DNA of 64,000 nt from Hydrolagus affinis (Eukaryota), in assembly GCA_012026655.1 (NCBI GenBank), contig JAAILG010000618.1, positions 1 through 64,000 of the forward strand, written 5' to 3'. Positions 24,730-37,309 of the stretch are shown in pieces. The first letter of the stretch is position 1, and every line of letters begins with the position of its first letter. The notes under the pieces are model-generated. The model was not told the DNA's origin, made no database searches, and was given only the letters and a program-made list of their open reading frames with translations. A program made the translations under genes and the position numbers.

Positions 24730-25882
24730 TTTTGTTTTGACAGGAATATTTCTGTAAGCCAGCGGGAACTCTATCATCAAAAACATTAAATAAATAGTTT
24801 TTTCAATAAAACATCTCATCCTTTCGAGGGGGCAGCAGAAAGTTTGAAGCTCGTGCCAACTGCGGCTGTAATGTGCAGTCTGTGTTTGGTTTTGACCACA
24901 TTGCTGCAGCTCACTAACATTTACAGATGGATACCGACACCTGTGAACCTGACCTAATTTAAAATAAAACTCCCTTCTCACACTGCGAAAATAAGGTCTT
25001 CAAATTTTTTATTCTTTCCTATGAAGATTGAAATGCTCACAAATGTGCCACTGACGTTCCTCTTCCACTGCCATTATTGCCAAAGCAGGGTTGGCCGCTG
25101 GACATGGTCAGTATTGTAATAAATGGGGGAATGGCTGATCTAAAGAATCTGGCTTGCAAGTCAGAAACATGTACTAACATTGCCTCATCAATGTCAATGT
25201 ATTTCAAGGCCAATTACATTCTGCACTGTCCTGTAATAACCTGTTCCTCCTTGTTTTTCTACAAGGAATCTTACAATACAGAAGAGGCCATTCGGCCCAT
25301 CGTGCCTGTACTGACTTTTTGAAAGAGCTACCCAACTAGTCGCATTGCCCATAACCTTGCAAACCTTTTCTGTGGAAAAGATTCACATTGTGGATTCCAC
25401 GACCATAGAGGTAAGATTGCCTATGTGACGGGTGGAGGTTTGAAAGATAAGTTGCAGCTCTCATTTCTCACCATGGATTTTCCCTAATGTTTTGGAGTTG
25501 AGGGGGATTAGGTTTGTGCACATTAACGATAGGGAAAGTATACTCGGCTTCACTAGTGCTGGAAGTGTGTTCCTCAGGGCTCCTAGGGCTAGTGGTTGTA
25601 TTACTGACTCTGGAGGTGCTGAGGAAACTACCTTTTGAACTCTTGGCAATTCCAAAGGCATCATTGCCCCTTATTTACCTCACAATGACGCTGAGGAAAT
25701 CAGAGATGTGTGGTGGTGCAAGTACTGCTTGTGAGATAAATATAACATAACCTTTTTTTTAAAGTATTGCAACCCATTATGTGTGAATCATTTATCCTTG
25801 ATAAGATCATTTTTAAATGAACACATTTTTGGCAGATTTGAAATTGTCAGCATTTTAACTGTAACATGTTTCCTTGAATAAA
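24730..25882 (+). other. Probable 3' UTR with candidate polyadenylation signals
   Basis: AATAAA at 24789-24794, 24805-24810, 24963-24968 and 25877-25882, downstream of the stop codon. The actual cleavage site cannot be determined from sequence alone. Confidence 0.5.
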
Positions 25883-27589
25883 ACTAGGTCATTAACTCGT
25901 AACCATTTCTTGCTTCTTAATGGGATTAGGCAGTCTTCCGTACAGTGGGAAATGTACCTGAAATAATTCTTGAGTCGGGATGAATAATTACACCATGAAT
26001 CACTTCACACTGTCGGAACAAGACATGTGTATCCTAGGAACTGATTAACAAAACTAAATGTTTGTAATTAGCACCTTCGAACAACATTAAGTGCTCAAAC
26101 AAGTTAAACGCTGTAAACAGTTGTTAAATATCACGCAATGTAATTTCAACTGCACAATACTGTGAAGCAGCTGTATCGTCAGATGCATGTGAAAAGTATT
26201 AGCAATTTCCTGAGTCCTGAAAAATTATCTTCTTAGTCTTAAGACCATTGTCTTAAAATTTAAGACAGTGCAGAATGGTTTCGAAATGGTTCAAATAAAG
26301 TTTTTTTATGAATAGTGGAAAAAATGGCTTCTAAATCGAGACTGGGTTTAAGAATTTTTCAAACTTCTGCTTCATCTTACATTTTTAACACTGGTTATCT
26401 GCAAAAGTTATATTAAAAAATAGTGTTCCTGATCCCAGTCTATATCTATCTAACAATATGGAAATTATGAGAAGCTGCCCACCTTGTCAGTGCCAGATTT
26501 TATTGGCAGCACTTCTCTGCTCGGTGAGAATGGAACTCACTCAATCTATGCGTGTTTACACAGCTATGCTTCACTTGTCCAAATAGTGCTGACATCTATG
26601 TCAGTGTCACCAATGACATCAATGTCAGTGAAGAGCCAGCAGTACAATGTGTCATTCACCAGCATTTAAAGTTTAAGAAGAGCCTTGCTTTGTTGCAATT
26701 ACACTGCAGTCAGTGTAAAGCCCAGGCAGTTTAACTTCCTGTGAAACCAAATCTTACTCAAATCAGTGATCTCTCAGATTTACATGAGGATGCACCAAGT
26801 CACTGGAACAGAGGAAATAGATTTAGACTTGCAAAGGGCAATTTCAGAACAGTTATCAGAAGGTCTGTCTACCCAGAAGGAAAATAAAGCTTGGAACAGA
26901 TCATAGGAACATTGGAAAAGGAGTAGGCCATTCAGCTAAATCAAGTCTGTTCCGCCATTTAATTAGATAATGGTTGATCTGTATCTCTACTAATCCTTTC
27001 AATTCCAATTTTCCACTTTCTCCCCATATCCCTTAATATCCTGACCTACCGAAAATCTATCAGCTTCACTCTTGAAGATGTGGCATCCACAGCCTTTTGG
27101 GAGAGAGAATTCCAGATGTCTACCACCCATTGAGTGAAAAATTACTTGCTGATTTCACGCTTAAATGGCCTGGTTCTAATTTTAATACTATGCCCCCTTG
27201 TTTTGCCTTCCTCCAACAGAGGAAATAGCTTCTCTGTATTTACCCTATCAAATCCCTTTATCATCCTACAAACCTCTATCAAATTATCCCTCAATGGAAT
27301 ACAATCCAAGTTTACGTAGTCTTTCCTCGTAACTTAACCCTTTTAGGCCTGGTAACATTCTGGTGAACCTCCGCTGCATCCCCTCCAGGGCCAATATGTC
27401 TTTCCTGTGGTGTGGTGCCCAAAACTGAATGCGGTTTCCAGATGGGATCTGACTAACGCTCTATACAGCTGAAGCATCATTTCTTCCCCCCTTTATATTC
27501 CAGACCTCTCGAGATAAAGGCCAACATTCCATTTGCCTTTTTGATTATGATTTGCATCTGGGAACTAGTTTTTAGTGACCTGTGGATAT

Positions 27590-28224
27590 TAGGGTCCGTC
27601 GATATGGAAATTTTCCGATATCCATATATCGGTGGGCTCATATCGATATATACCGATATATCGATATTTCCGGAGGGTTTTATACTGTGCATGCGCGCGC
27701 ATTTGGAGGTGTTTGCGCATTCAGGGGTGCTCGCGCATTCGGGGGTACATGCGCATTCGGAGGTACGTGCGCATTCGGGGGGGTGTGCGCATTCGGAGGT
27801 ACGCGCGCATTCGGGGGTTGCGCGCGCATTCCGGTGTGCGAGCACATTCAGATGTGCGTGCACATTTGGGATGCGCGCGCATTTGGAAGTACGTGTGCAT
27901 TCGGTGGTACGCACGCATTCAGTGGTGCGCACGCATTCAGAGGTACGCGCGCATTCGGGGATGTGTGCCCATTCCGATATACGTGCGCAATCCGTGATCT
28001 AGGCCCAGGAGGTTTGCAGTGCCGGCGACAAGGTAAGTTGGAAAAGTTTGCATTATACCGATAATACCGATATCGCCGAAAACGATATACCTATATTTAC
28101 GATATACCAATTTTTTTATATCGAATTTTATGATATATCGATATATTTTAAATTCCGATATCGGCATATCGATATGAAAAATTATATCGATATAACTGAT
28201 ATATCGATATATCGCTGGACCCTA
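27590..28224. mobile_element. Non-autonomous hAT element with CGATAT subterminal repeats and an internal 18-bp minisatellite
   Basis: TIRs tagggtccgtcgatat and atatcgctggacccta (reverse complement tagggtccagcgatat). Exact 8-bp TSD GTGGATAT (27582-27589 and 28225-28232). Removing the element restores the CR1 sequence. Confidence 0.92.
27688..27994 (+). repeat. CpG-rich tandem repeat, ~18-bp unit (GCGCATTCGGAGGTACGT-like), roughly 17 copies
   Basis: Periodic gcgcattcgg motif. This repeat explains the repetitive ORFs in several frames (AHSEVR / CAFGGT). Confidence 0.92.
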
Positions 28225-28420
28225 GTGGATATAGACACCCAAATCTTTTTGCTCCACCACAACTCTTAATTTCTTCGAGTTAAGAAACTATTCTGCCTTA
28301 TCTTTTTTCAGTCCATAGTAGATGACCTCGCACTTCCCTACATCAAACTCCATCTGCCACAGCTTTGCCAACTCACTGAATCTGTCAAAATCCCTTTGTA
28401 ACTTCCTATTCCCATCTACA

Positions 28421-28510
28421 ACAACAACAACAAAATTACAATTGTATAGCGCCTTTCACGTCGGGAGGACGTCCCAAATATAATTTAATTCTATGGACAA
28501 ATATAATTTA
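28421..28510 (-). mobile_element. Minimal L2 3'-end insertion with TSD and filler DNA
   Basis: (caa)n aaattacaattgtatagcgcctttcacgtcgggaggacgtcccaa, followed by duplicated filler aaatataatttaat. TSD atctaca at 28414-28420 and 28511-28517. Confidence 0.7.
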
Positions 28511-28596
28511 ATCTACACTACTTACTGAGCCTCTTATTTTAGTGTCGTCTGCAAACTTGAATATAAAATATTCCATTCCTTCATCCAAGTCATTTA

Positions 28597-28809
28597 TGGA
28601 ATACATTGCCCGAAAAAGTGTTGGGGGCTAATTCGATAACAACGTTTAAAAGAGAGGTAGACATTTATTTGGGGAGGACGGGTTTGCGCGGTTATAGGGA
28701 GAGAGCTGGGGAGTGGGATTGAATTGCTCTTTTCAAAAGGCCCGGCACAGACTCAATGGGCCGAATGGCCTCCTTTTGTGCTGTAAGATTCTATGACTCT
28801 ATGATTCTA
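28597..28809 (+). mobile_element. CR1 (HER1-like) 3' end nested in the minus-strand CR1
   Basis: tggaatacattgccc...atgggccgaatggcctccttttgtgctgtaagattctatgactctatgattcta, with the octamer tail. Confidence 0.85.
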
Positions 28810-30909
28810 CATATATGGCAAACAGCTGAGGTCCCAATACAGACTCTGGGGGATCGTCAAAAAGGGTGGTCAAAGTCAGGACACTTGACTCATTTAAAAA
28901 GCAGCTTGATGCTTTGATGGGACCTCGTTAGCGTGGGTATTCTGAGGGAAGAGATCAGATGAACAGACCGATCTTGTGAAATCATACTCAAATCAGCGTT
29001 TACCAACAAAATACGGTCACTACGTATCCTGCAAAATGCTTGAGCTGTCTGCACGTGAGAAACACAATATCAAGTGCAAGGATTATTATTAACTGGGTCA
29101 ACAAATGGACTTCTCTTTATGTGAGACAACCACTTTGTAAATCTACAGTGTAAACAGCCCAATTTAATAAAGGCAGCTTATTGTCCAGTGCTTTTCCTAG
29201 CCACTCTTCTTTGTTTCTGGGGACCCAACTTTTAATACAGGCGTGATTAAAGAGACAGGCTGCTGACAGCAGTTATGGCTCACAGGTGAGTTAGTTGCAC
29301 TCAGTTCATCTTGCCCACAGCATGATTGGTTTGAAAAGAAACCTGGCCACTGTCAAAGAAATCTTATTTGCACAACTACGTTGCAGTCCCACACCTTCAC
29401 TTACATACAGAGGCTGCCCCAGTTGGCTTTACTTTTTATTGTTGCTGTTTTGAATCAAATAAAGAAATGAAATCAGTTTATTTTATCTTCACAGTGTGTG
29501 GTCCATGTCAGCAAAAGTTTGCATTTCTCATTGAATTGGGGAAATTTAATACAGGAAATCATGAGCCGAAGAGGAACATAATAACATTTAAGAAGGTCAA
29601 TCTCACTTTGCTTCCAGCAATAAATACAATTTTATTTTATAAAATTCAGCCTCCAAAATTGCTATGAATTGTAGTATCTTTGTATTTGTGGAATGAATAT
29701 AGGTTGGAAAACTGGCTTCCCATCAATATTTGCACAATAAATAAATTATTTCCATTATCATGTAATTAATCAAATTGAAAATACAAATAGTCTTATTTTA
29801 TCCCCCTGCAATGCTCACTGTCATTAAATAATAGTTGAAACCTATAATTTGCGCTCATTAGCCTCAGCTAATGGGTCCAAAGTAAATCTGTGACCAGGTA
29901 GGAAATAACGAGTAGATGCTTAGCTCATTGACATTTACAATGGAACAATTATTTTCTTTAATTGTGTGATGCCGTTCAGTACTTGCTGAGAAAACTAATA
30001 CCATCGGTTTATGGGAATGGATGTGCCTGATTTGTGGACAGGAAGATGATAGCAATGTTCTCACTCATTTTATGCTGAGTTGTACTGCCCACTCCTGAAA
30101 CAGTGCTGTCTGCAAATTGGTGCTCATCTTTGCTGCAAATGCAGTATTATTAATGAATGTAACAATTGTATTATCAGTGTTTGATCCACTTCTCTGGAAC
30201 ATCAAACTTTGTTTAAATGGTGTTGTCGTACATGAAAAAGTTTGGGCCAAACAATATTCACCAGGCACTTTTCGATAGTGACGAAAGTCTCCTAAACCAA
30301 TACTACTGTTCCTATTATGGATGTATGGCATGAGATAGAGTATGATAGCTACATTGTAAGAAATTACAATGCACTAATCCAATCAAAGGGTTCAGACAAA
30401 GCCATTAATTCTCTCAGTTTATGAGCACTATTTGAAACCATCAATTGGATTACTGTCTTTAATTCCATTTCAGTATTTTGAATTATTTATAATATATATT
30501 CTTTTTTGAGGTTTGTGATGTAGAAAATTAACTAGCCCAGCTTACTGCGTGCTTGCTTGTTCAGATTGCCTGTCTTTCTGTTCCAGTTTCTCCCTCAGTG
30601 ACCCCAAACTGACATGCTGAAGCAATGGAGAGGTAGAAAGATGAATCATTTTGAAAGGATCAGTTTAATCAAACTCTTAACTATTCACACAGAAATAAGG
30701 AAACAAAATAATGTATCTAATTCCAGCTGAGAATTCAAATATTGAAGTTGTGGTTAATCCTTCTATTGCAGAAAGTGTCGGGATGAGTGAAATTCTGTGT
30801 GATACATTACCCAGAATATTATCTAATGGCATCACATTGTATGATCTGTGTAGTTTACCTGTTTAGTTTGCCATTGATATCAACGTCTGACAATCTTCCC
30901 GATGCGTGT

Positions 30910-31125
30910 CCAGCTAGGACCACCCTACCAGTTTTGATTGTGGTTTGCAAGGTTAGCAGGAGCTGGGTGAGAGGAATCTCTGGCCCCAGTGATTGTTCTA
31001 CCCCTCCAGGTTCTGCTGATAAGCCAGGCTGGTTATGCTGCCATCAGCAGTGCCCTGAAATAAATACTGTTGACCCACCTGGCTCAGGAACCTGACTACC
31101 ACTGACCAACTTGATTGTGATGTTC
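30910..31125 (-). mobile_element. Copy of the unassigned non-LTR family
   Basis: ggttagcaggagctg...ccagtgattg...ctgccatcagcagtgccc...gacccacctggctcaggaacctgactac, collinear with 19930-20080. Confidence 0.55.
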
Positions 31126-32539
31126 CATGTTGCACGTCGCCTTGGAAATCCCTGCCAGATGGGGCAAGTTCCCCTTCTTTTTCAATCTGTTCCTGAACAG
31201 TGAAAGGCAGATGTCCTTAGGCATCCGGCTGACAATCTGTCCCTGCACTCTCAGCTTGCGGAATGCTGGACCTTTAGTAAACAACACCCTATTCTGCTTG
31301 AGGCAGCAATAAAACAAAAGATAAACATGACAATGGGTCACATTAAACCAATAATCTGCCAAACTTTACAGTCGACAAGAGCAACGACTGCACCTAAACA
31401 TGAATAATTGCCTTCATGGGTACAGTGTAAGGGAAAAACTGAAAGAATGCTTTATTATAGATTTATATTTGGGAACATTTTTAAAACAAAAACTCAAACG
31501 ATAAATGGGAATTATGTTAGTACATGAGGCTTTAATGCCCCATACCACCCAGTCAAGTGGAGGTATTTTACTATTACATACATGTGTTTTATATTAATCA
31601 GAAACACCAAATCTCTCTTAGATTACAATAAAGGAATGGGCTCAAGTATATGCTCATAAAAGTAGCTTTATTTCCACTATAGGAACAATATCACTTGACT
31701 GAGGTTGCATTGACCTCCAGACCAGCATTACAGCCGCTGATGAATCCATACATTCATTTGATACTGTAAGAAATATAAGAAAAGTACAAACCTGAATGGA
31801 TCTGATAATGTCCTAAATTTTTAATCCCTCCATTTGATTTCAGAGAGATACATTTGTAAATGGAGTTCTGCAAAGCAAATTTAATTTGTGAAGTTTGCTG
31901 TTTGCGATTTTTAAAATTTCCCTATTGATATCTTTATGTTTCTGAAGACAAATGCTTTCTTGGTTTCAGTTGTGCTTCATATTCAAAAAGAGAAGGGAGT
32001 TTTTCCTGGTGTTCTGATCAACAATCCTCAAGAGGAAACTGATCATTTGTTTCATAGCTATTTATTGGACAATGTTGTGTACAAACTGCCTGCTATGCTT
32101 TCCTACAAAATATACTACACTATACTTTACAGTGATTCCTGTGAAACCCTTTAAAATGTCTCGATGAAGCAAAACAACATGCATTTATATAGAGCCTTTC
32201 ATGCAGAACAGCATTTCAGAGTACAGTATCAAATGCAAAGATTATCATTCTATCTTTGACCATTTCTTCAATTAAGTGCATCATAGCAAATGTAAAGACT
32301 TTTATTCTGAAATAGAGTATAAAAGCGGCTTTATTTCCACTAAGATTGATAAAATAATATAATAATAATGTGTATAATATAATATGTGTATAATATAATG
32401 TGTTATAATAATAAGGTGTTCTTCATAGTAATAATAATGTCTCCCTTAGTAAAACATTAAAAAAAGATAATTTGTGAGAGAATAAAGCAACGTTTTCAAT
32501 GCAGCTTTGTTTTAGAATTTTGCTTTTGTTCCTGCAAAT

Positions 32540-32760
32540 GACAAGAGCGGGTGCTTTATTTCATTGTGATGCTGAGCTCTCAATCATTTATGAGTGGTAG
32601 AGTAGTTTTGCCAATATAAGGCTGTCAATCAGCGAGTGGGCTGTAGGCGAACATATCTCTGCCGGCTGCACTGAGCCCATTTCCCCAAAGAATTGAATTA
32701 ATCAAGAGTTGGATTCTCTGTAATGAGTCAGAAATACATTTTTCAAACTAAATGAACATT
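32540..32760. promoter_or_regulatory. Candidate enhancer with a PBX-PREP/MEIS decamer next to a CCAAT box
   Basis: ccaat (32611-32615), 6 nt, then ctgtcaatca (32622-32631; TGATTGACAG on the minus strand). Also tgacaa, catttatga and an AP-1-like tgagtca, in a repeat-free block. Motif evidence only. Confidence 0.35.
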
Positions 32761-35700
32761 GTCTGTTTTATTGTCCAAAGATAAATTATGAAGAACTGAA
32801 AAAGTGCAGTTCCTATCATCTGAGCAGTATCTAATGATTTTAACCTGTTTTAAAGAGTTTGATTTCTTTTAATTGTTTCTCTATGCATCCATCATTCAAC
32901 TTCAATGCCCAGAGTTGTTTGTGAGCAGGCATAGGAAATGTTTCCTTCGCTTGGGATGTCCAACTGACATGAAGGGTGCTCTACAAATGCAGTTTTGTTG
33001 TTGTTGCTTCAAAGGTAACATTTGATATGGGAAATTCTTAAAATGCATGAATTTGGCAAGGGAAATAATGTCTCCGAGGTCATCATTACTGGGATTTGCA
33101 AAGATCATGAAAGGCTCTGATGGAGGTAAAGTTGGTTTACGCAGGCGGCTAAAAATTACATTTATAGAGTGCCTTTCACATCAGGAGGACGTCCCAAGGC
33201 ACTGAATAAGTATTTTGCCTGCATATCATTGCAAATTTCTTGCATTGCCAAGCATTCTGCTACAATTTCCAACGGCAAATAATCAAATTTCACTTAGGCA
33301 TGCAATGATAAATTATGATAGTCAGCTCTACAACCATTTCACAAGCAAAAAATGTTGTATAATCAACTTTCACAATTGGCTTGGTTTACTAGGGAGGCCA
33401 GTGGTAAATCCTTGCTGAAAGATTGCATTTTACGCAGAGTAATCAGTTTGCTGACTTCATAAAAACATTGTTATTCTCATGATTAAAGTTGAATTTCTTG
33501 AGAAACTCTGAGCAAGTTTTTCAAATAGCTGCCCATCCACTCAATATGGTTGAATTGGACTATATTTCTTTCTTACTTAACTGCACTGACTCTGTGATAC
33601 AAATCATCAAGCTACATGATTTAGGACTCTCCAGGTAAAATATATTGCTTTTTTGGTTACTAATTCACTTAAATCAGACATTTGCTTTGCAGTAGCTCAC
33701 GACTGATGGCGTGTTAGAGCTCAGTGTCTGGTGAAACTTCTATTTAGCATTCCCAAATCATCTAATTTGGAGTACTGACCTTGGAATGTAAAGCAAGTGG
33801 CTCAGAATGAATGACAGCTAATGTTTGACTACTCATAACCCTACGAGTTTGTTTTGAGTTCCTGTTTGCATCTCTTGTGTGCTAATAAAAATAAATCTCT
33901 TTTAATATGACTAGTTGGTCACTCTGGTATTGACCAAGGAGGGTTTATCATAATAATAAATTATGGCACCTGCTTAATTATAAGCATTCCAAGTTGCTGT
34001 CCGGTATGAAAGGCGCTATATAAATGCAAGTTGTTGTTATATTTGAATCATTTTATTGAGTCACCTTATATTTCAACCACCAACCCATCCATTTTCAGAG
34101 GTATTCAGAGACTTTGGGACATCCTCATGGTATGAAAGGCACTATAGAAATATCATTTATTGTTGTTGTTATTGTCCCTGGGAGTTGATGTTAAACTAAA
34201 GTCCAATATTTCAGACCTGAGCTGGGGGTAGGGATTGGGGAGGGTGGAAGACGAAGGGAAGGAGGTTGCTCAAAAGCACAGTCGAAGAGGATAGGTGTTA
34301 AAGGGGGCAAGAGATTATTATTATTGAATTTGTTCTGACAGTTTACCTAATCTTGTCAGATCTTTTAACCCCAATACTCTGCCCTTTCACCATACCTCTT
34401 AAAACTTCTACTACTCTAGTATCCTAGTAATTGTGCATCTTGCTTTTAAATATTCTTATTGTACTGCTTTTTCGGACAGAGAAATGCATTTTGACCTCAG
34501 TTCTAATTTCTTAAATCTGCAAGTACAGTAACTGCAAGAGCTCCTAATCTCAGTAATTTAGAGTGTTAGATGCAGGACTGAACAATTCAGATTTATTTGT
34601 GATTTAATACTGCTTCCTTAGGTATGAAAAAGATGTCATGTGTTCAGCCAGGTTAATGCTGAAGTGGCTCTGAAATTCAGAGCCATTAGGTAGAAAGTTG
34701 ATACAATCAGCATCCCTGATTGATAGAGTCCAAGCCACAGAGGCATGAAAATGTCTCCCTCTCGGGGAAGGCATCATGCCAACTTGAAAATGAACAATTT
34801 CACAATTTACTTCCGCTAGACTTCCAGCCAATATCAATATGGCAATTTAACCAGAACAGCCTGTATTAGCATAACGCAAACTCAGGACAGCTCAATTATA
34901 TTGCTGCAAGGCTTCAGACTTGCTGTAAAGACCTATTACTATCTCTTTATGGGAACAAAAAATATATTCAAGGGTGATACTGTCACAGGAGGATGGAACA
35001 GTTGGTATTCTGGAAAGATGAGATCAAATCTCCAAAAGATCTCTTCAAAAGACTCTTCATCCGAACCAGTACAAATACTATCACTATTCTTTACAGTGAA
35101 GTCCCGTGAAGCACTTTGAGACAGTAAGACAATGTTCTAAACCATTGAGTCAAATGTAAGGATTATTATTCTAATTCTTATATTGTGATATCGTGTTCAC
35201 TACTGAGAGTTAGTCTACCAGACAGTGTGGATTATTCTACTCCCTTCAATACACAGTATAAATTATTCTACTCCAGAAGCCATTTTAAAGCTGACACTGA
35301 ATTCATATCCTGAGATTGCCTTTTATAGATCAACTGTAGACAACACGGTTTAGTGTAAGCACAGTGTAAGTACTGTACATGGTTATACAAAATCAAATCC
35401 TTAAATATTACACTGTATAATAATTTTTAGAAGCTAATATTGTGAAGGCCATCTCTATAACAACAACCAACTTGTGATACTTATTAATAATAAATCCTTG
35501 CGTTTATACAAGTGCATACAGAAATATGCTAGGTATTTGTGTAGTGCATGCTGCATTGTAGTTGGTATTTGTACTCTGGACACAGTATATTACTGTGTGC
35601 AAGTTGGCTGCCGAGTTTGTCCACAAAACAGGCACAGACACTCCACTTTACAGTATATTTTGTGAAGCGTTTTGGGACATCCTCCTGACACTATACCAAA

Positions 35701-36640
35701 TGTAAGGATTATTTATTGGTACATGTACTTTGTGTACACTCCTGGAGCAGCTATGTATGGAGTGTGCACTGACTGAAAGGAGAGTCATCCAATAGAATAA
35801 AATAGCTCTGAGCCTATTACTGCTTCCAGGAAACCCAACAATATTTGGTCCCTTTCGTTAGGTTTGAATGCGAATGACAGAAAGCACTGCCTTTCAGTAG
35901 ATTCTAACTTGATCTCCTCCATTCTTAAAGTCAGCACTGACAAATCTGCAAGCGAGTGTTATGAGACCTTTTGAATTCAGATTTAAATTATACTTTTTTA
36001 ATTATGTAAAGTGGGCATTACATCTACATGTTTTAATAAGGGAATAATATGCCGGTATACAAAACAAGCAGAAAGTAATTGACATCACATGAATAAATCA
36101 GCACATCTTTAAGCTCTGTCTCTACTTAAAAGACACAGTTAACATCTTGTTGAGAACCTGTCTCCTTATAAGTCACCCAAGATCCTCTCTGCAATTAATG
36201 TCACGCAGAGACAAAGGCACAGCAGTTGACAGATGACAGGACGTGAACTAGTCCTTAATGGGGACAATGGTAACAAACCGCAACAAGCAATGTCATTAAA
36301 AATAAATGGAAGTCAGTAAACAGAAATAAACTTTGTAGTAAGTTGTGGAAATTACCAGCATTCAAAAATCTAACAAATTACATTAAGAAGCAAGCGATTT
36401 CAGATGTTACAAAATGAATTTAAAAAAACGTTAAAAATCACCTGCAAGATTTTTTTTATTCAGAGGGCAATTAACCTCTGGTTGCCAGGAGGATTAGTTA
36501 AAGTCAGGACACTGGATTCATTTAACAAGCAGCTTGATACTGTGATAGGAGGATTGTACGGTGGGTGAAAGACACCACACAAATGTTATTTTTTGTAGTT
36601 GTATTCTGGAAGGATGAGTTTGAGTGGGCTGGTGATGTTA

Positions 36641-37015
36641 GCCTGGCTCAGTTGGGAGCACACTCTCTCCTCTGAAGGAGGCGATGGGTTCAAATCCACA
36701 TTGTTACTTTGAGTTCACACTGTCTAGACTCACTCTTCATTGAAGTCCTGCGGATGTGTTGTATTGTTGGAGGTGCTGTCCTTCAGATGAGATGTTAAAC
36801 CATGGTCCTGTCTGCCTGTTCGGGTGGAGGTTAAAGATCTTGTGGATCTGAAAAGAGAAGGAAAGCTTGTTACCATTCTCATTAACCTGCCATCTGTCAA
36901 CTGGGTGCCTCAGCTTCAGTCCCTGCTGTGCTGGTCAACAATCCTGTAATGAACAATTGGTCATTCTCTTCACGGCTGTTTGTAGGACATTAGATTGGCT
37001 ACTGTAGATTGGCTA
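36641..37015 (+). mobile_element. Deu-type SINE
   Basis: gcctggctcagttgggagcac...gggttcaaatccac...ggaggtgctgtccttcagatgagatgttaaacc...ctgtctgcctgttcgggtgg. Confidence 0.78.
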
Positions 37016-37017
37016 CT

Positions 37018-37309
37018 AATAATAATCCTTGCATTTTGATATAGTGCTTTTCATATCATCGCTTCACAGAATATATTGTAAAATGAATTGAGTGTATATA
37101 TGTGGGCAAAACACGGCAGCCAATTGTGCACAGCAGTATCGCACAAACAGTTGTGGATTGAAATGACCAATTTTATTGCTGTGTTTTTTTTTGAGGGATT
37201 ATTGTTAGGTGTGTGGAGTAAGGAAACTTGCCCAAGGTTTCGCCCTGACCTGCCTGGATTCGAACACAAGTCTCATGCTTGTGCTCTAACCACTGGGCTA
37301 CAGGACTCC
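37018..37309 (-). mobile_element. Young tRNA-derived SINE (SINE2-1_CM-like)
   Basis: Highly similar to 5908-6216. The reverse-complement head is ggagtcctgtagcccagtggttagagcac...gttcgaatccagg. Confidence 0.85.

Larger units (their letters stand above)
26902..28850 (-). mobile_element. CR1 LINE 3' portion, host to nested insertions
   Basis: 3' tail aggagtaggccattcagc at ~26920. The minus strand encodes IIKKANGMLAFISRGLEYK and FADDTKI (~28525-28556). Interrupted by a hAT MITE, an L2 tail and an opposite-strand CR1. Confidence 0.88.

Noticed and set aside
27688-27994. CRISPR-like periodic array
   Set aside because: The units are contiguous with no unique spacers, there are no cas genes, and the context is a vertebrate genome.
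27477-28269. Long overlapping ORFs (121-160 aa) with hexapeptide repeats
   Set aside because: They result from a stop-free 18-bp tandem repeat inside a non-coding MITE and are open in many frames at once.
34640-34850. Possible Harbinger Myb/SANT relic on the minus strand
   Set aside because: The similarity is too weak to support by eye.
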